NCBI GenBank assembly: GCA_964230645.1 | Contig: CAXRHT010000001.1 | Location: forward strand, 416,001 to 480,000 | DNA length: 64,000 nucleotides | Direction of reading: 5' to 3' | From: Bdellovibrionales bacterium | GTDB lineage: Bacteria; Bdellovibrionota; Bdellovibrionia; Bdellovibrionales; JAGQZY01 | Shown here: in pieces, positions 57,639 through 64,000 of the stretch | How the letters are laid out: each line of letters opens with the position of its first letter | Position numbering within the stretch: the stretch's first letter is position 1 | Notes under the pieces: model-generated | Database searches by the model: none | The model's input: only the letters and a program-made list of their open reading frames with translations | What the model was told of the DNA's origin: nothing | Translations under genes and position numbers: made by a program

Positions 57639-58352
57639 ATGTCTAAAGTTCGTATCATTGTTGTTTTTGTTGGAATCGCTATTTCCTTATTAATTTTTCA
57701 AAACTGCCAGCAAGCAAGCTCGAACAAAACTCAATCTAATCAACAGGACCTAGATTCTATTGGAGACACAGAGGAACCCTTTGTTTTTAATCCCCAGGAA
57801 AGCTACGAAAAACTCAAGTGCAGCTTCTCTTTAACCGGCCAAGGTGGCTATCAGTGGCGCGTGGAGCGCTACACCGATGTCGCAGATGATTGCAAAAATG
57901 AAATCCCCACAGTGACCGCCAACAATCCAAACGCCACTGTTGAGCTAACCGCTGAAACATATGTCTACGACTCCATTGACCTTGATGAAAAATACAAATG
58001 CGAATTTAGTCTTGAGGGACAAAAAGGCTATGTGTGGAAAACCGAGCGCTACGCCATTGATGAAGTGGGTTGTGACTTGGAGTTTGAGGAAGTAAGAAAG
58101 AACAATCCTCTTGCAAAAGTCTCAAATGTTAGCCGAATATTCGTGCACGACCCCACAAACGGAACAGAAAAATGGAAGTGCGAATTCTCACTCACAGGAC
58201 AACAAGGTTTCCAGTGGCAAACTGAACGCTATGTGACTGTCTCTGATGATTGCCAAAACTTCGCCTTACAGGAAGCCCAACAAAACAACCCCAACGCCCA
58301 AATCGAAATGGAAGTGGTCTTCGTGCAAGACCTCCCGAAACTCTCTAATTAA
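57639..58352 (+). CDS. Lipoprotein with three tandem ~60 aa repeats
   Basis: FQNC lipobox; three copies of EK.KC.FSL.GQ.G(Y/F).W..ERY.....C......NNP.A. Confidence 0.88.
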   Translation: MSKVRIIVVFVGIAISLLIFQNCQQASSNKTQSNQQDLDSIGDTEEPFVFNPQESYEKLKCSFSLTGQGGYQWRVERYTDVADDCKNEIPTVTANNPNATVELTAETYVYDSIDLDEKYKCEFSLEGQKGYVWKTERYAIDEVGCDLEFEEVRKNNPLAKVSNVSRIFVHDPTNGTEKWKCEFSLTGQQGFQWQTERYVTVSDDCQNFALQEAQQNNPNAQIEMEVVFVQDLPKLSN

Positions 58353-58415
58353 TGGAGTTTTAAAGCTCGACGGAAATTTTTGAGTTTTTAAAGGAATACA
58401 ACCGAAAGTGGTCTC

Positions 58416-58832
58416 TTAGTAGTTCAATGCAGACCCAGGCTTTAAATACTTTATATTTAAAAAGTGACCCATCATTAGAAGGATACTAGCTAGAATGGTT
58501 AAGCCCAATTCAAGACCCTCCACGCTGAATCCAATTGTATGCTCCAAGCCGAAAGCTCCGACTAAAAGAGCTAAGCCTAATAAGGCTAGCTTCACCGGCA
58601 GAACTCTCCCGTGGATTCTTTGAGTTTTATAAAACGATATTCCAGCAACGGGTACAATAAGAAGGATCAGTAAAAAGTGAACCCACTCGTTTTCAAAATA
58701 GGTTGTAAAAGCCGGTGCAATGTAAGAGGTCAAAGGAAGGAGAGAGCAGTGAATAGCACAGGCTCCGGAACTTAAAATACCGACCCAATCGAGTTTATTG
58801 GAAACCTCACTATTGACTGAAATATTCATCAA
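58416..58832 (-). CDS. MerC-family membrane metal transporter
   Basis: LDWVGILSSGACAIHCSLLP, EWVH and GHFLN; four TM helices. Confidence 0.85.
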   Translation of the reverse strand: MMNISVNSEVSNKLDWVGILSSGACAIHCSLLPLTSYIAPAFTTYFENEWVHFLLILLIVPVAGISFYKTQRIHGRVLPVKLALLGLALLVGAFGLEHTIGFSVEGLELGLTILASILLMMGHFLNIKYLKPGSALNY

Positions 58833-58890
58833 TACCTTCCCTTAAGGCAAAATGGCTTAAGTAATGGTATCTATACAAAACTCTTTATGC

Positions 58891-58912
58891 TATTGCAAGT
58901 TTTTTGCATTAA
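58891..58912. promoter_or_regulatory. Palindromic operator TGCAA-N5-TTGCA (Zur/Fur-family-like)
   Basis: TATTGCAAGTTTTTTGCATTAA upstream of the MerC-family gene; near-identical site at 60191-60212. Confidence 0.6.
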
Positions 58913-58971
58913 AGTAGAGATTGCCCGTATTTTTTTTGTCGAGTCTGCCCCATTCTCTTTAGAGGTGGCCT

Positions 58972-59904
58972 TTAGCGGTAATCGTAGACATGAAGCTTAA
59001 GCTCGTGAACAAGCTTTTTAAGAAGGTAAGCTCCCCTCTCACTACAACCGTCCTGATTGATTCTTGGGGAATATACGGCGATTCCGAAGTTCTCAGGGGC
59101 CACCGTTAGAATTCCACCTGAGACACCACTTTTTGCCGGCAATCCCACCTCGTAGATCCATTGGCCTGCGTAGTTATACATTCCGCAAGAGAGCATCACA
59201 CTCATAAGGCGCCTTAAATTGACCGCTGAGATTAGTCTTTCCCCGTTTTCAGAAATTCCTTTTCGAGCTAAGGTGGCACCAAAACGCGAGAGACTTTCGG
59301 TATTTACTTCAATCGAGCAGTGCTTGAAATAGAGTTTTAAAACTTCCTCGACAGGGTTATCGAGAAGCTCGAAACCTTTTAAAAGGTGCCCCAAGGCACG
59401 ATTTCTCGAAGCGGTTTGCATTTCCGACGTGAAGACAGCTTCATTAATTTTAAGCTCCTCACAGCCAAAAAGCTTAGCGAAATACTCTAATGACATCTCT
59501 AGGGCCTGATCACCAAACTTTGTAATTAAAAGATCTGTGATAGCAATAGCGCCAGCGTTGATCATGGGATTAAAGGGACGTTGATATTCATCAAGCTTAA
59601 TAATGGAATCAAAAACATCTCCTGTGGGCTCAACCCCAACTTTTATATCGATCTCTTCTTCACTGAAGTTTTCAAGAGCCAGTAGATAAACGGCCACTTT
59701 TGAAATCGACTGCAGGGTAAAGCGTGCTTCGCTGTCTCCACAGGAGAAAACTTCACCTTCGAGATCACAGATACTCATTGAAAAAAGCTCCCCATTCACT
59801 TTAGCCAGTTCGGGAATATAAATAGCCGTACGACCTGATGTGATTTTTGAAGCCTCTTGAAAAGCTTTTTCTGCTAACTGAGCTATGTTCATTTTTCTCT
59901 CCAC
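58972..59904 (-). CDS. glsA: Glutaminase
   Basis: YIPELA, FTLQSISK, VGVEPTG..F, NPMINAGAI, CGMY, VGLPAKSGVSGG. Confidence 0.95.
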   Translation of the reverse strand: MERKMNIAQLAEKAFQEASKITSGRTAIYIPELAKVNGELFSMSICDLEGEVFSCGDSEARFTLQSISKVAVYLLALENFSEEEIDIKVGVEPTGDVFDSIIKLDEYQRPFNPMINAGAIAITDLLITKFGDQALEMSLEYFAKLFGCEELKINEAVFTSEMQTASRNRALGHLLKGFELLDNPVEEVLKLYFKHCSIEVNTESLSRFGATLARKGISENGERLISAVNLRRLMSVMLSCGMYNYAGQWIYEVGLPAKSGVSGGILTVAPENFGIAVYSPRINQDGCSERGAYLLKKLVHELKLHVYDYR

Positions 59905-60190
59905 TGCAATGGGTTCAACTTTACTACAACAACAAAGAGAAGGCTTCCCTTCAAGTAAAGTTTTTACAATATTTTAGAGCCACACTCTTGCTTTGGCTTT
60001 TATCAACGAGGGGATCACCAGTATTCATTCGAATGTTCTGTCAACAGTAAGAACTTGGCTAAAGTTTCAACTAGAGACACAAAACAATTATTAAGTGAGG
60101 CCCCTTTCCCTGCTTTACTCGAAGGGACCCCAGACTGCAGAGGCCTCTCGGTGGTTTTCCAGAACAAAAATATTGACTTCCACAGCAGTT

Positions 60191-60212
60191 TATTGCAAAA
60201 TATTTGCATTAA
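60191..60212. promoter_or_regulatory. Palindromic operator TGCAA-N5-TTGCA (Zur/Fur-family-like)
   Basis: TATTGCAAAATATTTGCATTAA, 37 nt upstream of the methyltransferase start. Confidence 0.6.
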
Positions 60213-60249
60213 CGGCACCGAGCCCCTTTAGATTCAGGGAGAATCAAAT

Positions 60250-60948
60250 ATGAAAAACGATCCTATCGTAGAAGTTTTCGATAACATGGGTGTTGAAGCC
60301 TATGAGAAATTTAATCTTCATTTTCAGCCGGTAGCAAAGGGCATGTATTTATTAACTATGCTTACCCTTAAGAATCTTCCTGAAAAGGCAAAGATACTTT
60401 GTGTCGGCGTGGGCACAGGGGCTGACATCATTGATATCGCACAAATGAAACCCGGGTGGAAATTTACTGGAATCGAACCCTCAAAGACAATGCTTGAAGG
60501 ATGCAAAAAGAACCTCGAATCAAAGGGTCTCACAGATCGTTGCGATTTATTTCAAGGCTATTTGTCTGATTTCCAGACTTCAGAGTCCTATGACGCCGTT
60601 CTGTGCTTTTTTGTTTTCCATTTTATACCCGTAGAAGAAAGAAAAAAAATATTCGCCGATATTCAACAGTATCTCAAACCCGGGGGAACTTTTGTGCACG
60701 CTGAGATAAGTTGCGACTTTGAGTCTAGAAACTTCTCCCAACAACTAGAAGACTGGAAGTCACTTCACGGCCATGCAGGCGCTACGGAAGAAAAGTTAGC
60801 GGAAATGCAAAATGTGTTAAAGAATCAACTTTCGGTCCTCTCCCCTCAAAAAACCGAAGCTTTATTGAAGGAATTAAAATTCGATGCTCCAACTCTCTTC
60901 TTCCAGTCTTTTTTGATACGCGCCTGGCATTCGAAAAAAACTGTTTAG
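60250..60948 (+). CDS. Class I SAM-dependent methyltransferase (CmoA-like family)
   Basis: ILCVGVGTG, GIEPS..ML, YDAVLC..VFHF, LKPGG. Confidence 0.9.
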   Translation: MKNDPIVEVFDNMGVEAYEKFNLHFQPVAKGMYLLTMLTLKNLPEKAKILCVGVGTGADIIDIAQMKPGWKFTGIEPSKTMLEGCKKNLESKGLTDRCDLFQGYLSDFQTSESYDAVLCFFVFHFIPVEERKKIFADIQQYLKPGGTFVHAEISCDFESRNFSQQLEDWKSLHGHAGATEEKLAEMQNVLKNQLSVLSPQKTEALLKELKFDAPTLFFQSFLIRAWHSKKTV

Positions 60949-61070
60949 AGGTATGAGTTACATTTAAAAGAGGCGTAGTGATCTAACCGCGCGGTTTCCT
61001 TTGAGACCAAGATAAATAGTAAAATTGACAACTCCTCTGGGATTGCATAGTTTCTTTTCTCAGATAAACA

Positions 61071-61160
61071 CCTGTTTGTCAGATGAAGTCCGGTGAGAAT
61101 CCGGCACTGTCCCGCAACGGTATGCAAGAGGGTCTTGTAAGTCCGATCTCTGCTTTCAGG
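61071..61160 (+). promoter_or_regulatory. Cobalamin riboswitch (short variant)
   Basis: Core GAAGTCCGGTGAGAATCCGGCACTGTCCCGCAACGGTA...AAGTCCGA, closed by CCTG/CAGG. CTCCGAG (61183-61189) can pair with CTCGGAG at the downstream RBS. Confidence 0.85.
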
Positions 61161-61289
61161 TCAAACTAACGCAACTTAAGTTCTCCGAGGCAGAGAAAAA
61201 GCGTTCCTTTGGATGGGTTATTCTACCAACCATAGCCGCTTTTCTCCACCTCTAATAACTTAGCTTAGCGTCTCTCGGAGGAAGAGAAT

Positions 61290-61760
61290 ATGGTGACTCA
61301 AACAAATCTTAAAAAGGCTGATGAACTGGTCATGGTTGAGATGGTATTTCCCAATACGACCAACCACTACGGAACTTTATTTGGAGGAAAGGTTTTAGAC
61401 CTTATGGACCGAGCCGCTTTTTTAGCGGCCACACGTTTCACGGAAAAAACCATCGTGACCGCAAGTATGGAGCGAATCGACTTCTTTTGTCCGATTAAAA
61501 GTGGCCACCTCATCGAACTCAAAGCAAAGGTTATCTACACAGGAAAGACCTCACTCACAGTCAAAGTCGATCTCTACGCTGAAAATCCTTTAAAAAGCTA
61601 CAGAGAACAAGCCAGCCGTGGCTTCTTCCATATGGTGGCCATTGGAGAGCATGGTAAACCAACTTTAATAGACGGTGTTTTGATTGAAACCGATGAGGAA
61701 AAACGAGATTGGCAAAAAGCTACAGCCCTCCGGGATGGCTTTAAGAAAGAGAGGCTCTAA
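61290..61760 (+). CDS. Acyl-CoA thioesterase (hotdog fold, YciA-like)
   Basis: VFPNTTNHYGTLFGGKVLDLMDRAA, VTASMERIDF..PI, YTGKTS, FHMVAI. Confidence 0.93.
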   Translation: MVTQTNLKKADELVMVEMVFPNTTNHYGTLFGGKVLDLMDRAAFLAATRFTEKTIVTASMERIDFFCPIKSGHLIELKAKVIYTGKTSLTVKVDLYAENPLKSYREQASRGFFHMVAIGEHGKPTLIDGVLIETDEEKRDWQKATALRDGFKKERL

Positions 61761-61942
61761 ACAGGACTACATTTGAAATCAATCTCCCAATTGAGGATAA
61801 TCCTATAGTCCGAAAGAAAATTATCAGCGAGGAAGTGTTCGCCTAATTACTCTAGTTCATTCAAGGAGATGAATGCGAGGCCTTATCGTGTTCAAATACG
61901 AACCATTCGAAAAATGGGGATCTATTTGTTTTAAAATGAATA

Positions 61943-63160
61943 TTACTCTGTAGCTAGTGAGCGTTTCGACTTTAGACTCTCGTAGCAGCTACAGCAAGCT
62001 TTTTCCTCAGAAGCTTTGCTGGTGCAGTATCCATCAAGAAATCTTATAGCTCTTTCTTGATCCTCTTTATTGGAGAGGTCATTGCTTAAAATATTATAGC
62101 AACTATGTGGATCACCCTCCCCACACGATAATTTCACCAACTCTAAAGACTTTTCGTGGTTCCCTTCAATTGCATAAAAATAAGAGGCTAAGCGACAAAA
62201 GTAGTCATTGTTTTCAGAACAATTGGTTTCCCAATCTGTTTTTAGCTTCCCATAAAGCTTCCCTTTGAAAATATCAAAGGCACTCTCGATATCGCTCTGT
62301 CTTAATGACTGTAAATTCTCTGCAGAAGAAATTTTACTACGATGAAAAGACACATCGCCAGCAAGCGGAACCGCCAGAAGGAGCAAACCGAAAGCAAATG
62401 AAATATATGATTTAACCCCAATTTTTTGTGGCTTTTCTACACCCATCAAAACTTTTTCTATCTCTCTCTGATCACCAGCTGGGTTCTCTCTTTTCCTGCG
62501 ATCAATTTCAACTTTTAGTCTGTGCATTGGCTCGAAATTTTTATTTTTCACTTTACCAGTATATTCTGGAAGAAATCTAAACCTATCAGCGTACAGGAGG
62601 GACACGTCAATTTTAAACCCATCATTAAAAAATATTCTCAGGGATGACCAAGAGAATTTCATTTCTTTGATTTCGTTAAAATATCTTGTTTCTTTGTATC
62701 CGTAAGAGCCAATTTCCAATTCTTCGTGGATAAAATTATCACCTATAACAATTATTTTTTGAAAATCACGAACTGACCATAGGCTTATTAAAAAGAGCGA
62801 GAAAGAAAACAAAGAATAAAGAATACTATCTGCAAGACTAAAAAAGGACAAGATGTTTACCATCAATAAAAGACTTAGAAAAAGTCCGCTCCCAAAAAGC
62901 ATGAATAAACTGAACCACTTTGAATACTTTAAAATTATTAATTTTTCTGAACTTTCAGATTCCCCACCTTTTTTCGCACCATTAAAAAAGGTTGCCATCA
63001 AGAACCCATAAAATGCTCCGCTGAGAATCCCAGTCATAAAAGCAGTCAATGAATCATAGGTAGTAAAAAAGTAAAACAACCCCATTCCCAGTCCAAAGGG
63101 GACACCAAGTTCAAGAATTTTTCTGTCTTTGAACAATTTTATTACTTTTTTGAAACTCAT
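61943..63160 (-). CDS. Membrane protein with PH-like central region and C-terminal Sel1-like Cys-rich repeats
   Basis: About 5 TM helices; C..N...FC..L and LSC..GD..SC repeats; visibly AT-rich. Confidence 0.7.
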   Translation of the reverse strand: MSFKKVIKLFKDRKILELGVPFGLGMGLFYFFTTYDSLTAFMTGILSGAFYGFLMATFFNGAKKGGESESSEKLIILKYSKWFSLFMLFGSGLFLSLLLMVNILSFFSLADSILYSLFSFSLFLISLWSVRDFQKIIVIGDNFIHEELEIGSYGYKETRYFNEIKEMKFSWSSLRIFFNDGFKIDVSLLYADRFRFLPEYTGKVKNKNFEPMHRLKVEIDRRKRENPAGDQREIEKVLMGVEKPQKIGVKSYISFAFGLLLLAVPLAGDVSFHRSKISSAENLQSLRQSDIESAFDIFKGKLYGKLKTDWETNCSENNDYFCRLASYFYAIEGNHEKSLELVKLSCGEGDPHSCYNILSNDLSNKEDQERAIRFLDGYCTSKASEEKACCSCYESLKSKRSLATE

Positions 63161-63401
63161 GATCTAATTCCTGTTGGATACTAATCGGTATTTTTAGACC
63201 ACCGTTCAAATATAATTAATTTATCGCTCTCATTTTGATACGCCATTAGACTGTACTTCCCCAGAGCTAAAAAAAACGTCCCTTTTCTGGTTATCCAAGG
63301 GTTATCATAAAGTTACCAACTCTTGATATTTCGGCAGATTTCAACGCATTTCAAACTCAAATTAGTTTTTTTATATCAAAATGGCTAAGTGTTGGGGCTA
63401 T

Positions 63402-63428
63402 AAGGTCCTTCGCTTCGCTCAGGACGAC
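63402..63428. repeat. REP-like palindromic repeat half
   Basis: AAGGTCCTTCGCTTCGCTCAGGACGAC, same family as 12532-12560 and 50822-51005. Confidence 0.7.
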
Positions 63429-63433
63429 GATAG

Positions 63434-63494
63434 GGAAATGGGGCAACCAACAGGTCATGAACCCTAGCGGGTTCAAGCCCCGTTGGGCGACCCA
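63434..63494. repeat. Degenerate direct and inverted copies of the tRNA-His 3' end
   Basis: 63434-63464 resembles 63562-63592. 63467-63494 (GCGGGTTCAAGCCCCGTTGGGCGACCCA) resembles the tRNA 3' end in opposite orientation. Confidence 0.75.
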
Positions 63495-63566
63495 CGAGCG
63501 CTAGCGAGCCCAACATCATCCATTGACGAAACTGGGAAGTGGAAACAAACAGGAAATGTGAGGAAA

Positions 63567-63643
63567 TGGGGCGACCGACGGGGCTTGAACCCGCGACAAC
63601 TGGAATCACAATCCAGGGCTCTACCAACTGAGCTACGGCCGCC
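63567..63643 (-). tRNA. tRNA-His (GTG)
   Basis: Minus strand GGCGGCCGTAGCTCAGTTGGTAGAGCCCTGGATTGTGATTCCAGTTGTCGCGGGTTCAAGCCCCGTCGGTCGCCCCA, 77 nt with G-1 and encoded CCA. Confidence 0.96.
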
Positions 63644-63747
63644 ACAAAGGAAATCATTTTATGACAATAAATCCTTTGGGAATCAAGGTTTTTTGCTGGG
63701 GAATACCTGTGTGCTGGGAGTTCCGGTGGACTGGGATGCCGGTATTT

Positions 63748-64000
63748 TTATGGGGCGCAGGAGCCCACTCTTACGCCTCTGGCTGGGCAGAGATCCTTAT
63801 AGGAGGTGGCAAAGGGAGTGGCCACACCCCATTGGCCCGCAGCGTTGCATACGCGGCGAATACAATGAACGCCACTCTTTTGAGCTTCACAGCCCTTGGC
63901 ACCTTTTGGATTTCCCTCGCAGCTCCAGGCGCACTGCTGAAACTCAGCCGCTGGAGATTGGCAGAGAGCGCCGGGCTCGTTGAGTGAGGCCAGATTTCTG
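63748..64000 (-). CDS. Partial CDS (3' end), Cys-rich domain protein
   Basis: Manual translation: ..RNLASLNEPGALCQSPAAEFQQCAWSCEGNPKGAKGCEAQKSGVHCIRRVCNAAGQWG...LCPARGVRVGSCAP*, with 8 Cys. Absent from the ORF track because its start lies outside the window. Confidence 0.75.
   Translation of the reverse strand, partial: RNLASLNEPGALCQSPAAEFQQCAWSCEGNPKGAKGCEAQKSGVHCIRRVCNAAGQWGVATPFATSYKDLCPARGVRVGSCAP

Noticed and set aside
61862..61953. Small ORF after AAGGAG downstream of the thioesterase
   Set aside because: Only 21-26 codons, depending on the start, with no recognisable features; cannot be supported without expression data.
63661..63987. 108 aa plus-strand ORF (and 63483..63983, 63385..63657)
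   Set aside because: These are shadows of the Cys-rich minus-strand CDS ending at 63748 and of tRNA-His.

Overview
64 kb of bacterial chromosome, most likely from a Bdellovibrionota predator. This is inferred from FQNC-type lipoboxes, RxxAS-like linkers, Cys-rich secreted proteins, a CarD/CdnL gene and sigma28-like promoters. Housekeeping genes include gltX-uvrB-uvrC, recG, carD, a Xer recombinase, comM, nfeD-stomatin, thiL, egtD, betB, glsA, tRNA-Cys and tRNA-His. The main candidate for an undescribed system is the co-oriented minus-strand cluster at 1-12309. It joins a VTC polyphosphate polymerase, a DUF4956 membrane protein, HlyD and TolC-like proteins with signal-peptide-bearing enzymes: a Fam20C/Four-jointed-like kinase, an atypical Cys phosphatase, a metallophosphoesterase, a dikinase with glucan-water-dikinase domain order and a divergent L,D-transpeptidase-like protein. 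Together these suggest extracytoplasmic phosphorylation powered by exported polyphosphate (inference). Other highlights are twin C-rich small-RNA genes flanking an XRE regulator, a type IV pilin between two paralogous membrane methyltransferase-fold proteins, a polymorphic-toxin-like secreted protein without an immunity gene, a cobalamin riboswitch in front of an acyl-CoA thioesterase, a shared Zur-like operator and several palindromic repeat elements. All family assignments come from motif recognition by eye; no database searches were run.
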